A stretch of DNA of 64,000 nucleotides from Eledone cirrhosa (GCA_964016885.1 OZ024741.1:77562001-77626000); one strand, 5' to 3'; counted from the first letter of the stretch, positions 24,836 to 40,310 are shown. Program-made: numbers and translations. The notes: generated by a model not told the origin, from the letters alone.

Positions 24836-26525
24836 TGCCAATCCATTGTGTTTAACTTAATCAAAAGCTGAGTGGTTAATAGGTTCAATTCTACTGCATG
24901 ATATATGGCATCTGGAGCATCTTTTACCATCGCCATCATTCAACCCAAACCTGTGAGTGAAACTGTACAGATAGAAACAGTGTGGCAGGTCCTCAGAATA
25001 TAACTGTATTTCGAACATCCAGCCTTGTCAATGTGCCGCACAGATTCTGCTGAGAATTATCTAACAGGTACACATTTGTGTAACACTCAACCACTTATGT
25101 TAATTTAAAGTGTAGTGCATTCAGTTGATCAAACAGTTCATTGTGCCTCTGCATTTTCAATAGTTTGTTGGCAAGATTTTCTGGCTTGAATATTTCCAAA
25201 GTTAAGTTCGCATTTCAAGTCTACTCCACACATATACTTTGTACAACAAAAAAAGTTATGTGTTCTATCAAGTTACCTTTTCCTGGAAAATTTGATGTAA
25301 TTTTTTAGAGATATATTGTGAATGCAGGCATGTTTGCTTTGCAATCTTGGGCAAGTATCTTTTGCTAGAGTTTTGGGTCAATCAAAGACTTGGCAGATGG
25401 ACTATACCTGTGACTAGCAATGCCCATATCCTGCAGCCATGCAATCTGCCCTTCCCTCAGAGAGAGAAAACTCTTGTATCAACAGGAATAATTACCTCCA
25501 GAACCTATCAACTAACTGTAAAGAGACTTCTGAGCAATTGAGTCTTCATTTTCTGTAAGTTTAGCTGGTCTTCTGAGAAACCTAAGGAATGCAACCTCAT
25601 AGATGTTTTAATTGTAGGGACCTCATACCAGCTGATATTCATTTAAAGCAACTTACTCAAGAACATAGTCCATGAATAGTACCCATGACTGAATACAACA
25701 CCCTAGCCACTTCTGTGCATTTATTAATTACATATAGAATTCTTTTCTGCTAGCATGAGATCTCTGTACCTTTTGAATAGTTGTTTGTATGAGGTACACA
25801 GTACAGTGTTTATACCTGCTCTCTGTATACCAAACATATATTTTGAAGCCATTTGTATTGGGTACACAGAGTTTATACCTACATTCTGCATATCAAACGT
25901 GTAATGAACCTGTTTGTATTGGGTGCATAGTTCTTACTCTCTGAATGTCTCTAGCATGACCTTTTTTCCTGATGACTGTAGCATTCTGTATTCTTTTCTG
26001 CTTAACTGTCAAGATTCTACACTCTATTTCCACTGATTTGGAATCATCAGTATGCAGGAATTCCCATAGACAGTAAGGATTTAAATTCTGAATATAAAGA
26101 GCTGGAATAAATGCAGAAAGCGTCTCATTTGATGTTATAACAATTCCACCACCCAGGACTACTACTTCAAGCCTGAAAGGAGCAAATCGGACCGGGGGGG
26201 GGGGGGGGGGGGGGGGGATTAAACATCTCACAAAGGACCAAAACAAATACCACAAGTCATACTCTAACAACACTGTTAATTCACTGCCATAAATACTATT
26301 TGTCATTCCACAACCACACGTTGCTGAATTGAGTATTTCAAACACACCACCTGCAACTCTGCTGAATTAAATATTTCAAACCAAGAATGAAAGAAAGAAA
26401 GAAAGAATTCATTTATTTTAAAGAGGAAATAAAGTAGAAAAAATACACAACTACAATATTCTCATGAGATGTAAAAATCTTGAGTAGATGACAAGTGTTT
26501 TTAGAATATGGCTTGGGAACATATT

Positions 26526-26644
26526 TTAAACTGGTTTGTAGTCTAGCTTAGATTCAAGAACCTTGTTGTCAGCCACTTTTCGCACAGCTTTCATGAAGTC
26601 TTCTTCTTCAATATAATCTCGTTCAGCCCTTATGGCACACATAC
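26526..26644 (-). CDS. PSMC6: PSMC6 exon 11 (last coding exon)
   Basis: [39 protein letters not shown]. Confidence 0.97.
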
Positions 26645-27787
26645 CTGCATAGTAAAAGAAGACAGATATCAGCTTTATCAACTGACAGCTTTTTTGATGT
26701 GAGAATAGATAACTCATCACCATTTACACAAAAAGCAATTGTTAAGTTAGTGTTAGCATATTTAATGCAGAGAGCAGTAAAAGGGAACTAAAATAATAAT
26801 GTGGTGAGGAAAAAACAATATTACTCTATTGGCTAATGTTTTTCTTACTGCATAAATATGTTAATAATAACTTAACTATTGTATATGTCAGTTCTCTTTT
26901 TTTGTTCTGTAATGCTTTCATTAATTCTATACAAAAATCATAGGTGCAAGCATGGCTGTGTAGTTAAGTTTGCTTCATAACTATGTGATAACTTGGACAA
27001 GTGTCTTCTACCATAGCCATGTTCTCACCAATATCTTGTGGCTGAAATTCGGAAGACAAAAATTGTGTGGAAGACAATTTGTCACTGTATGTCTTCACCA
27101 CTTAACAACAACTAATGATGTCAGTTTATGTCCCACTGTGAAATAGTTCAATGGTTGAAGATCGGTGGAGAAAGTAGTACACTTAAAACAAGTATGGGCT
27201 GGTGTAAGAAAAGACATCCAGACATAGAATACTTAAAATAAGTATGGATTGATGTCAGAAAAGACATCCAGACATAAAACTCCTTAGAATAAGTAAAACA
27301 GTTTATCTTTGTTGTTTAGCTCCAGATTAGCTCTAATCAAGCAGATACATGATGAAAAGCATTCCATCTGTAATTAATCATCCTATCTTAAGACATAATC
27401 TATTAAGATCTACATTATCCTCCTTTTCTTAAAGAGAGGCGGTAGAGTATGATTTATGCGAGATTTGGCTGTTATTTCTAGCAAATCAAAAACCACATAA
27501 ATGCTTCCCCATTTGCAATTGTCACTAAAGATGGTAGAATGTTAGAATTGGTATTGTTATACTAAATACATTACAGTATTTAGTATTACACTCTATTTCA
27601 CAGACTGTTCAAAATCCAAAGGAGTTGGGACTTTGTCTTTCATTCCTCCAAATAAATAACAGTTAAGTACTGAGCTCAATTAAATACTGATTCCTGACTA
27701 TGTGCTAAAGTTCGTAATGACCATCATCACCATTATCGTTTTTACATAATAGCATGAGTTGGACCAATGGTGATTATTATTTTTATT

Positions 27788-27912
27788 GCCATTCTGAGTT
27801 CAAATCCCCCGGAGGTTAACTTTGCCTTTCATCCTTACGGGGTTGATAAAATAAAGTACCAGTAATGTACTGGATAATTGCTGGCCTTGTGCCAAAAGTA
27901 GAAACAATTATT
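27788..27912 (+). mobile_element. 5'-truncated tRNA SINE (second family)
   Basis: CTGAGTTCAAATCC..GAGGTTAACTTTGCCTTTCATCC..GGCCTTGTGCCAAAAGTAGAAACAATTATT. Confidence 0.85.
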
Positions 27913-28692
27913 ATTTTTATTATAATTATTATACTTAAATGTTATTGATATTGCTATGAAAATTACACATTTCAACCTGTAGGGCATATATAAACAGTGT
28001 CTTACAAGGCCAGACATCTGAATAACCTTGACCCCACCCTAATACCGTCCAGGCACATGTTCCAGTGACTCTGGAGAAAGGTAAGCCAAATCAAACAGCA
28101 CCCTGGATTTGAACTTAAAACATTACCATCTTTATCATTTTAAGACAGCTTTTCCTGTTGCTATTAGTTAGACAGTTAACACAGTCCAAGGGATTAAATT
28201 CCTGTATGAAGTTACTACCATCCTAGATGGATCAGAAGACAACATCTCACTTACACACATCATCATTATAATCCTTTTACATCCATTTTTCTATGCTTGC
28301 ACTTAATCAAAACTAAAATATCATAAACTATTTCAGTTTCTAACAGACAACCACTTATACACCATACATAGCAGCAGCTACAACGCACATTTTAAAGCAG
28401 AGGTTAGACCTGTGAGCCCTATGGTAGGCCTCATACATATCGTGGGGTCCTTCCTGAAACAATGTTTTACATCCAGATGCCCTTTTTGGTGCCAACTCTT
28501 TTACTTGCTTCTTATGCCATGCAGTGATAGAGTATACCTATTCTAAACTAGACACACAAACAGCAATCAGATATAGACATTTAAAAATACACAATTAAGA
28601 GGAAACTGAAATCTAAAAAGTGAATTCACTATAAACTTTCAGACAAATATTTTTTCTCAAGATTTATTTAAATATTTATACAAGATTCTTTA

Positions 28693-28782
<90 letters not shown>

Positions 28783-29449
28783 TTAATAATAATCATTGTG
28801 ACCACGGGCAAAAATGTATGGTTAAGGAATTCACTGTACAACTACATATCTTATACAACAGCCACTGATTGACCAATAATAATGTAGTCTGTCTGAATCA
28901 AAGTATTTGTTATTAAGTGGTGAACTGGTAGAATTGTTAGCGTCAAACAAAATGCTTCACTGAACTATTTCTGGTTCTTATTGTTTTGAGTTAAAACTCC
29001 ACCAACGTTAACTTTGCATTTCATCCAGAGTCAATAAATAAAGTAGCAGTCATGTACTAGTGTTGATTTAATTGACTTTTCCCTTCATAAAATTGCTGGC
29101 CTTTGAATTATTACTTCAAGGTCTCGTCTTTCTGAATTTGATGTAAACACAACAAAGTTTCATTCTACATCAAAAGAAATCAGTAAACACTTTCATAACC
29201 ATATTTTTAATGAAATACCCGAATTTGTATTAATGAAGAATTCAGAGAGCTATACTGACATTATTCAATGTTTCAGTATTAAGACAGTATTTGTAGCATA
29301 ATAAAAAGTTCATATAAAATTATATCAGATATAAATAGTAACCCATATAAAATGGAAGTTTGCATTTCACAAAACCATAAGGTTGGTATCAATGGGGTTA
29401 AGACATTTAGAAAACAATAAAATAAAAATAATTAACTATGGTAACATAC

Positions 29450-29530
29450 TAATTTCCCCATGTGTCGCAAGAGGCTGTGCATGAATTTTCAGAATTTCAA
29501 GTCGAGCCAGTTCATTTGGAAGGGGAATTT
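29450..29530 (-). CDS. PSMC6: PSMC6 exon 9
   Basis: EIPLPNELARLEILKIHAQPLATHGEI; GTATG donor. Confidence 0.95.
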
Positions 29531-29732
29531 CTGCAATAAAGAAGGCAAATATATAATATGCATGATATACATATACACAGACACACACATATATACATGA
29601 TAGTAAAGCAAACTTCTTAGCAACAAGGTCATGCCTACCTACACTCTTATATGCTATTAGGTACATTGTGTTGGCTACTTTAAATAGGCAATGCAAACTC
29701 AGATTATAGATGTGAGACAGTAAACACAATCA

Positions 29733-29903
<171 letters not shown>

Positions 29904-29944
29904 CTAAATAAAAGTGAAAAATATTCATTGATCATAATGAACAA

Positions 29945-30125
29945 TAATAATAATAATTTCTACTTTTGGCACAAGGCCAGCAATTTGAAGCGGAGGAGGA
30001 AAAATCGATTCAGTGCATTACTGGTACTTAATTTTATCAACCCTGTAAAGATGAAAGGCAAAGCTAACCTCGGTGGGATTTTAACTGAACGTAAAGGGCT
30101 GTAACTCTATGCCATAAAGCATATT
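29945..30125 (-). mobile_element. tRNA SINE (second family), reverse orientation; further decayed copies to ~30650
   Basis: Reverse complement of the 27788/37590 family: TTTCTACTTTTGGCACAAGGCCAG..GATGAAAGGCAAAG. Confidence 0.75.
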
Positions 30126-30670
30126 GTTCAATATGATAATATTTTCTTTATTAGCTATAAAAGACTGACATGAAGAAAATATTAAGGACAGCACAAGACG
30201 ATACAGAGTAGGTTTTTTTTTGTCTAAAGAGTGTAATAACAGAGAAGGAGGGGGAATTAATCAAATCAACCCCAATACTTTACTAGTATATGATTTTATT
30301 GACCTCAGAAGAATTAAAAGCAAAGTTGGTATCAATAATTATAATTATCATTGTTTCTAACATAAGCGTGGAGATAGAAATTTGAGGGGACAGATTAGTC
30401 AATTAACCCCAGTACTTGACTGATATTTTATTTCATCAACTCTGAAAGGATGAAAAGCAAAGTTGACTTTGACAGGATTTAAACTCATAAAGTAAAGAAA
30501 GAGTAAAAACAAATGATACAGAGAATTTGTCTAATCCTTTAACAATTCTAGCAATCAACCACCTTTAATAATTCCTAATTTAGGTACAAGGCCAGCAACT
30601 GTCTATTAAATTGACACAGTACTTGAATGGAACTTTATCTTAATTAATTAGTACATATTTCCATTTTCTA

Positions 30671-30922
<252 letters not shown>

Positions 30923-31189
30923 TCAAATAACATATTTTTAATATTTTAACTGGTTCAAGCCAGCTGGCACCCATGATGGGATACAGATTTTTAAAAATAA
31001 TATATTAATATATACTTCTGACAGACATAAAGCCAAAAATTCCTTTTTGAGCGAAGCAGTTGAATATATCAAACCCAATACATGATTGATACTTCATTTT
31101 TTCAACACCAGAAATATAAAGAGCAAAGCTGACCTTGAAGGGATTTGAGCTCACATATCCACAAGGCATTTTAGCAGTGGCTCTATATT

Positions 31190-31670
31190 TGTGTTTGTAT
31201 AAATGGTGCTAAATCAAAACCATTCAATGTGGGAGTTGGACTCTGCCTAGGTTGCATAATGTCACCTCTCCTGTTCATTATTTTTATGAACAGGATTGAC
31301 ATGCGCAGCGGGGTTGGAAGTGGAAGTATCACAACTGGCGGGTATAAAATCAGTCAGCTGGAGTTTGCAGACGATATGGTGTTACTTTACTTGACAGAAG
31401 GTGATCTCCGACTTTATAGGTTCGATGCTGAGGGCTGCATGGCCGGAATGAAAATCAATGCTGCAAATACTAAGACACTCATCCTCTCAAGGAAGCCTGT
31501 GCAGTGCACTCTACATATAAATGGAGTTACACTGAAGAAGTTCAAGTATATCGGAGCCATGTTCATGACTGATGGAAGGCAGGAGGTTGAATTAAATGCA
31601 AGAATTGCAGGAGCTAGTGCAAGTAATGTGCCAGCTTCAGCATGCAGTAATCAGAAGAAGTTTTAGTGAT
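31190..31670 (+). mobile_element. RT fragment of a different RTE-like LINE family
   Basis: VGLCLGCIMSPLLFIIFM..FADDMVL..GMKINAANTK..FKYIG. Confidence 0.75.
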
Positions 31671-32262
31671 TCTGCCAATGATATATAATACATAACAATG
31701 TTTTTGATACCATAGGGAAAACACAGTTAACTGCAGCAATTGGTAGTAATCATTCTTTTTTTCGTTTTTAACAGTTTAGTCAGAGAGAGAAGGGTATTTC
31801 CCAAAACCTTTGTTAAGGTGGGAAGAAAGGAGGGAGTTATCTTCACAACAGAGACTTGAACTGGATTCTTGCAATGGAGTGAAATCTACTAAAGGTACCC
31901 AAAGACCAGGTGGTGATGTTAAACGAGACAAGGATTATGCCTACCACTCAAGTAAGCTACAGCAGGATTTGAATCTGGTATACAGAGTCATAACAAATAA
32001 ATCAAAACATCTCATCTGATGTTCTAACAATTCTAGCAATTCATTTCCCTAAATTAGCACTTAATTTTATTGACTACAAAATGATGAAAAACAATGTTGA
32101 CTGTGGCAGGATTTGAACTCAAATCACAAAGAGCAGATTTGATACTATAAGACATTTTGCTCTACACTTAAATGACTTTGTAAATTCACTTGCTAGATTG
32201 AAGACAAAAAGCAACTTTAAAAGTTTGTTGTCCTGACTCGAGGAAAAGATAAAAACTCTTAC

Positions 32263-32412
32263 CTTAAGAAAATTTGCATTCAACTGGCTTGCAACTACTC
32301 GAGCTAATAAGGTTTTGCCTGTGCCAGGTGGTCCATAAAGCAGACATCCTTTGGGTGGGGTTATACCAACACGCTGGAAGAGTTCAGGGTTCATCAGAGG
32401 CAGTTCAATAAC
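32263..32412 (-). CDS. PSMC6: PSMC6 exon 6 (Walker A)
   Basis: [50 protein letters not shown]. Confidence 0.97.
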
Positions 32413-33828
32413 CTGAAAAGTAATTTAAAGAATATTGGATACAAACCAGTTTCAACATAATTAGAAAAACACTACAAATATTTAAAAACAGAAAAAAAAG
32501 GGAAAGGGAAGGGCTTTAGGGTCACAGAAGAACGAGAGGGAGATGAGCTCTGGGCCTAAGGTGTGGCAGTGTTGTTTGAGATCTCAACTGTGACTGGTGT
32601 GAAGAGGAAGCAGCCAGACAATCCTCAATATCTGTTTCTTTTCCTTTCCTCTGTATTACGGGCTGCAGTACTGGGATTTGTGGCCGAAGCGACTAAGTTG
32701 GAGACAGATTATCTACCATGTTACAAGATTAATTAGAGGATTTACCAACTGACATGAAGTGTAAGGGAGCTGAGAGAGCAGGTGTATTAAATAGTAATAG
32801 TATTGACATCATCATCATTTAACATCAGTTCTTCCATTCTCGCATTGGTTTGACAGGTTGTCACCAACCAAGCCAGTACTTAATCAGAACTATTGTCCTC
32901 TGAGATACATCAGGGTCCACATCTCATTTATAGTATGGTTTCAACAGTTGAATGCTCTGCTTAACATCAACTATTTTATTGTACCAGCACCAGAGAGGTT
33001 GTCATGGCCCTCACTACATTATGCTGTTGTTAATGGTTAACACATCCTAATATATCGTTGCATCACAGAAAGGGAGGAGTCTATAAAGGTGATGCAGATA
33101 CTGTAGTAGAAATTGGGTAAATGGTGGAGTCGGGACATATTGGACGTCTTCCTTTTATACTGGTGGGTGGGGTACTACATGCTGCCAACCATTATATTCC
33201 ACTGTCATCTCTGTTGTTCAGCTTCTTAAGTTTAATCTTCAACAATTCATCTAATGTTTTCCTGAATTTGCCTCTTCCACAGGTCCCATCCACTGTACTT
33301 TTTTATACAGCTGTCATTTTCAATATGTATCACATATCTGTACCAGCAGATTTTTCTCTCTTGCACACTACACCCGATTCCTCTTATACAAAGTGTTTCT
33401 TCTCAAGTTAATAGATTTAGACATATAAATGCCCATGTAGATATATAAAAAAAAACATACATATGCATACACCATCATCACCGTTATTTGCATCATTTTA
33501 GGTCTTCTTTTTTCTGGTACAGGTTAAAAAAGTCTCCATATTTCACATGTCATTCCACCATTGGCATAGTTTCTATAAGTGGAAGCTCTTCCAAACACCA
33601 AGCCCTTTACAGTGTGTACCGGGTACATTTTATTGTGGCACTAACACTAGAGGTAGTCATGTCCTTGGTAACACTAAAGTTTTCTCTCAACCCTACATTA
33701 TCTCCATCCATTCACTAACCATTTTACAGAGTATATATGCTTCAGTGTAAGCACAAAAATATATGTGTATACACACATACATTGAAAACATTGATTATAA
33801 AGTGAGATAATTTGAGATATATATGTTA

Positions 33829-34035
<207 letters not shown>

Positions 34036-34727
34036 TCAGTCAATGAAACTCAGTTTCTCTTCAAAAATATTAAATGCAAAACTTAAGAAGCTAACAATAT
34101 TTCATGACAATCAAAAATGTAGATTTAAGTTGATTCAAGTGTATTTATAAAATTCATATCACTTGAAAGTGTGGCAGCAGTGTACTTCAATTGGTGTGTG
34201 TATATTGACACTACTACAGGACATTCCAGTCAAACTACTGATGTGACAACAGTGTAGTCCGATTGGTGTGTCACTTTACCTGTTGTCAGAGACCCATGGT
34301 TAGGCTGGGATTTAGCAGCTCTACTGTAGCATTCTAGTCCATTGCATGTTGGTCGTCAAATCAATCACAGCATTTGACTAGTACTCTATTTTATCAAACC
34401 CAGAAGGATAAAAAGCAAAGTTGTTTTTGGCAGAAGAATTTAAACTCAGAACATAAAGAGCCAAAACAAATACTGCAAGTCCTTTTGCCCAATGCTCTAA
34501 CAATTCTAAAAATCTACATTTCTCACAGTCAGAGAATAAGAAAGAAAATCAATGAAGATATTTGTAGATTGTAAACCATTGCCCCTCAAAGCATATACAC
34601 ACTCTCACAGTCACAGCATGAAACTAAGCTAAGATCAAAGAAAATCTTAGTGAAAAAGATAGAAAGAACATAAACAACTTCCAAATTCCAACAAGATTAG
34701 GAATTAACAAAAAAAAAAGATATATTA

Positions 34728-35117
<390 letters not shown>

Positions 35118-35239
35118 TTAAGAAGTATTAGGAAAATTTGAAATGTGTGCATTCCAATGCTAATGACCCATTTTTTTAACTATAAAATAATTGACTATTA
35201 TTATGATCATAAGCAGTAGGCTGCACACATTTCAAACTT

Positions 35240-35342
35240 GGAGATGACGAAGGAACGTGACAAGTAGAGAGATGCTGTGCTGAATAGGACCCGCCCCACC
35301 TTTGCAAGCAGGGACAAGCGGACGTAAAATGATGATGATGAT
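35240..35342 (+). mobile_element. Very short 3' end of an older RTE family
   Basis: GAGATGACGAAGGAACGTGA..GGACCCG..TTGCAAGCAGGG..GGACGTAAAA(TGA)n. Confidence 0.6.
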
Positions 35343-36375
35343 AAACGGTGTGTTGATAATATCATTAGAATGTTTTGCTGCATTCGTTCAACTCTGTGCT
35401 CTAAGTTCAAATGCCAGAGGTCAATTTTGCCTTTCATCTTTTCAAAGTAAATAAAAAAGGGCCAGTCATGTACTGGTGTCAATTCTTTCTCTATATCTCT
35501 CACTTCCTCACTATCATTCTCTTCTTCTGTGAAAGACCCAGAACATAACTACTGCAAAGTATATTGTCCACTCAAATTAATGGCTTAGTGTTAATAGTTA
35601 TTTTATTCGAAAGATAAAAATAAAATTGACCTCATCAGTTATAGAAATCCGAATTCAAAACAATGTAACTAAATACCAACACATATACTGCATTTTCCCC
35701 ACTTTTTTAGTTCTGTAATTCTTTATTCAAAATGGAAATAGTATTTCATGGCAGAATGTTTCCTTTCATGTACCATATATGTTCAGCTATTTCTGACTGT
35801 GACAATTCTCCTTTCAAGACTTTCCTACTGCAGTGGAATTGGAACTGATTTAAATGACAAACCAAACTGGTTTGATAAATTGAAGAAAAACAATAACAAA
35901 TAAGTGTTTTGAACTTATAACAATCAAATACAAATATTTTAGATACCATTAAAGTACAGGCTTCAACTTCAGTATAATCCCTTCTAACAATAGCTTCCCT
36001 TCTGTATTTTTGTTCTGTATGACAATGTACATTGACCCATTTTTGGATAGTTCCAGTAGCATATAAGTTTATCTATGATAAGAGGGTGCTAGCCCTTCAC
36101 TCAACGTTTCTCTATTTCTGAAGAAAAGGAACTATCAGTGCTCTTCCAAAACTCTTGTCACAACACAGTATAGCTGATTCTATCAGAAGACAAAATCAAC
36201 CAGAATATTTGACTGATACTTTATCAACCCTGATTTCAACTCAGAATGAAGAGAGCCAGAACAAATACCACAAAGCAATCTAACCCTACACTAACAACCA
36301 TGCTAATTCACCATCTTCTGGCAATAGTAGAAAACATAATTTCTTTAATAGGTAATGATAAAAATAAAATCTTAC

Positions 36376-36415
36376 ATTTCTCCTCTGTAAGTTGTTTGAG
36401 CACTTCACCAACAAT
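36376..36415 (-). CDS. PSMC6: PSMC6 exon 3
   Basis: IVGEVLKQLTEEK; 40 nt; AG acceptor, GTAAG donor. Confidence 0.95.
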
Positions 36416-37389
36416 CTGTAAGAAAGAAGGAGGTTGATATCAGTAATGAATTGTTGGTTTAAGTTTTGTAGAAATTAACACAAAAACAAACATTGTATCA
36501 TGAGGTTAAGTGGTATGAGCCAAAAATATATGATAAAGATTACACCTATGGAGATGAAAAGTCATTATCTTATAGGTGTTTGGGCCTCTGTATGATACAT
36601 GAGACAATGGATCTGCACCAGGAAAGTACCCCCCTCAAGGCACAAGTTCAGGTAAGATTTTTTTGTGGAATACCAGCAGTCACCTATACATGTAACTTTG
36701 CCCTATCCACGCCACTTATGATATCCAAAGGAAAGGCAAAGGCTGATACAACTTGGTACCAGTGACATCGTAGGACTGGAAGAGATACCACAAGACATTT
36801 GTATGCTGCATACAGTCTACTTTATATTGAAAATATATATTATCAAACTGGATCTGCTCACTAATATACATACACATCAAACTTTGATATATTCTCAACA
36901 GCAATGGAGAGCAAATTGTAAACCAAGAGTAAATTTAGTGAAAAGTTCTAAATTGTTTAAAAACTATAATACAGTCCAAATTGAAATAAGTTTGTTTTTA
37001 CTGCCTAAAAAATTAAACATAACACAGTCCTGATGGACCAGTGAGTTTTTATGTCCTATGTTGCATAATGCAATTAAAATTATATTTCTAAATAAAATTG
37101 GTCCATGGAGTTTTCCATATGAATTCTATGAATCAACTTCTGAAAATGATTGTGCATCCTTAGCATAGGTGTACTAGATCAATCATATTTGATATCATAT
37201 ACCCACAATTTTTTTTAAATTTTCTACAGTAATTGTGATGTTAAATAGTCCTAGTCACTGATCAAGTATTTAGGAATAGCTTCTAAATCTCAGTATTCCA
37301 GGAATGCAAAAATAAGTGGTTTGGAGTGTTTGTTTATGTGGAATTTCATTGATTAACAACAAAATGCACGAGTAGATGTTTCAAGATCA

Positions 37390-37770
37390 TGGTGAATTGG
37401 CAGTATCGGTAGAGGGTCGGACGCAATGCTTTGACGCATAAAGTTGCGGCTCTTGCCATTCTGAGTTCAAATCCCGTCGAGGTTAACTTTGCCTTTCATC
37501 CGTACGGGGGTCAATAAAATAAAGTACCAGTAATGCACTGGGTAATTGCTGGCCTTGTGCCAAAAACAAGAAAATTATTTTAAATCTAAGGCGGTGTATT
37601 GGCAGTATCGGTAGAGGGTCGGAGGCCAAGCTTTGACGCATAGAGTTACGGCCCTTGCCATTCTGAGTTCAAATCCCACCGAGGTTAACTTTGCCTTTCA
37701 TCCTTACGGGGTCGATAAAATAAAGTACCAGTAATACACTGGCCTTGTGCCAAAAGTAGAAACAATTATT
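37390..37770 (+). mobile_element. Two tandem tRNA SINEs; the second has a 17-bp TSD
   Basis: Both have TGGCAGTATCGG A box and GAGTTCAAATCC B box. TSD AATTATTTTAAATCTAA at 37573-37589 and 37764-37780. Confidence 0.9.
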
Positions 37771-37823
37771 TTAAATCTAACTACAGGCAGTTGTCAGATG
37801 ATGTATTCATCATAGTTTCTTAC

Positions 37824-37903
37824 CTGTCCAACACTCTGAAGGGCTTTTAAATCATTCTCAGACTTATCATATTGTTTTGTCAAATCCTTCAAGTCTTCAC
37901 GAG
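37824..37903 (-). CDS. PSMC6: PSMC6 exon 2
   Basis: (S)[26 protein letters not shown]; AG acceptor, GTAAG donor. Confidence 0.95.
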
Positions 37904-38601
37904 CTAAAGAAAGTAAATGAAAATATAATTCAATATTTTTATATAAAATTATCATATACAATCAGCATATATACATATATATAGTATCTAATATCGAAAT
38001 ATCAATTGCTGATAACATTTATTGTGTAGTTAATACTGCTGCCAACTGCAGAAGAATACTGTTTTATGTTGGTTTTCTTTTACCATACCTATATGCTGTG
38101 CAAAAGAAACATTAAATTCCTTTTCTCATTTGTTATATTATTTTTTATTGAAAAAATTATAGTATTTTTTTCATCTTTGACTGCGAATCTTTTCATTTAT
38201 TCTTTGTCACAGTATCCAATTAATGTATTTCAAACTCTAAATATATATTCAAAATAAAGATTCTCGTTCATTGTTTCTGACACAAACCGTGAGATGGATC
38301 TATAGTATCAAGACAAATAACATGGTGTTACATAACTACTACTGATTAATCACAAAACAGATTTATTAACTTTCTGAAACGATCGTAAAACAATAAACTG
38401 ATAAAGCACTTAACTTTACCTTTTGTTTTCATTATTCAACATATATATAACTCTGTAACTTGTTTGAATGCTCAATGAAATTTAATGATGAAAGCCTACT
38501 ACAAAAACAAGAACTCTTATCACTTGATCTTGGAATTATTACTTGTATACTACATGAACTCCTAACAGTGTTATTGGCCTTACCATAGACAGGTAGATAC
38601 T

Positions 38602-38637
<36 letters not shown>

Positions 38638-38647
38638 ATGTTCCGCA

Positions 38648-40310
38648 TTGCAAGGCAGTGTTTCACTGTGTCGTGGGAATCGAGATGTTGGGGAAAAGTA
38701 TGTCAGAAACAACATCGGTGTATTTAGCACCACTGATGCTCAAAAGAAAGAGGCCTGGAAATGTTACAATGAGAGACTGATAAATGTAGAGAATGACTGG
38801 GAGGAAAAGGAAATACCCCCAACCTACCCAAGAGAAGGGCCAGCCATTGAAGTTGATAGTTATAGGGTTAAAGAAGCAATTAAAGAGATGAAAAATGGTA
38901 AAGCTACAAAACATCAGAGATAGCTACTGAGATGCTAAAAGCATTGGTAGAAGTAGGAGTCAACTAGTAATCCATATAGTTAATCAGGTAATACAGGGCG
39001 GTGTCATACACAATGACTGACAGTTGAACAATCATAAATTACTACAAGAGCAAAGGTAATGCCTAAAAGAGAAGCAACTATAGCGGAATAAAACTAATGG
39101 ACCAAGTTATGAAGTGACGGAAAGAGTTATAGCAAAACTAATTAAAGAAAGTCTAATTAGATGAGATGCAATTTGGTTTCATACATGGGAAAAGTACCAC
39201 AGACACCCACTTTTTAGTGAGGCAACTACAAGAGAAGTTCTAGAACCTAGAAAAAGCTTTTGACAGAGTATCTGGTGGTCCTTAAGGAAATTAGGTGTAG
39301 AAGAATGGTTGGTGAAAGCAGTGCAAGCTATGTACAGAGTATATAAAGTACGAGTAGGAAATGAGTTTAATGAATACATTCAAGGTACAAGTAGGAGCCT
39401 CCAGGCTATAACAGGAGTTTAAGACTGGCTGCCCATTGCAACTTCTCTATGCAGATGATCTGGGCTTTATAGTCGAATCTATTAAAGATCTAGAAAATAG
39501 GTTCCATCTATGGAAACAGAATTTAGAATCAAAATGCCTGAAAGATAGGACCCTGATACCTTCAGGGAAGTGGCGCTGCTCAATATGTAGAAACAGGGTA
39601 GGCATAAACTCCATACGATGCACACAGTGTAAATCTTTGGTACACAAGAGATGTATGTAGTGGGATAATGGACAGACTAACAGGAAGGGAAGACTTTTTT
39701 TGTAGAAGATGCACTGGGTTAACCGAGGGGAAGATAGCCAGAGATATAAGCCTATTCCAGTCACAGGAAGGACCCATAGAAGTGGCTGATAGTTTCTGCT
39801 ATCTAAGCAATGTAATTAGCAATGGAGGAGTGTGCTCTGAGAGTATAATAGCTAGAATAAGGATATGATGGAAAAAGTTTAGAGAACTACTCCTACTGCT
39901 GACCACAAAAGGTTTCTCCTTACGTACAAAAGGACGACTGTGTGTGAAGTGCGATGTTGCATGGTAGTGAAACATGAGCTGTGACTTCAGAGGACATGCG
40001 TAGATGGGAAAGAAATGAAGGAACCATGCTGTTGGATGTGCAATGTAAGTGAGAGAGATAGGCAAAGCTTGGACAAATTGAGGGAGAAGCTGGGTTTAAG
40101 AGGGACCGGAGGTGGTGTGGAGGAGAGAAGACTGCATTGGTTTGTTCATGTGATGCACAACAACAATGATCATTGGGTGAAAAAGTGCAAGAAAATGCCA
40201 GTGGAAGGAAGCTGCGGTAGAGATAGACCAAGAAGGAGGTTGTGAGAACTGACTTCAAATCACTGAGACTCAGAGAGGCGATGACAAAGGATCACATGTG
40301 AAGAGATGCC
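38648..40310 (+). mobile_element. Older degraded RTE LINE, interrupted near its 3' end
   Basis: Fragmented RT/PHD ORFs (LLYADD, CSIC..CTQC..HKRC, WFVHVM). Its terminal piece resumes at ~43859. Confidence 0.85.

Noticed and set aside
26184-26217. Long poly-G runs (also 14268, 49091) as G-quadruplex elements
   Set aside because: Homopolymer length is unreliable, and the duplicate at ~59781 has only about 7 G.
27180-27296. ~50-bp repeat, about 2.3 copies, in the last PSMC6 intron
   Set aside because: Ordinary local duplication of a decayed SINE/LINE tail.
36600-36800. Possible RTE 5' UTR remnant
   Set aside because: The resemblance is from memory only and there is no matching copy in the window.
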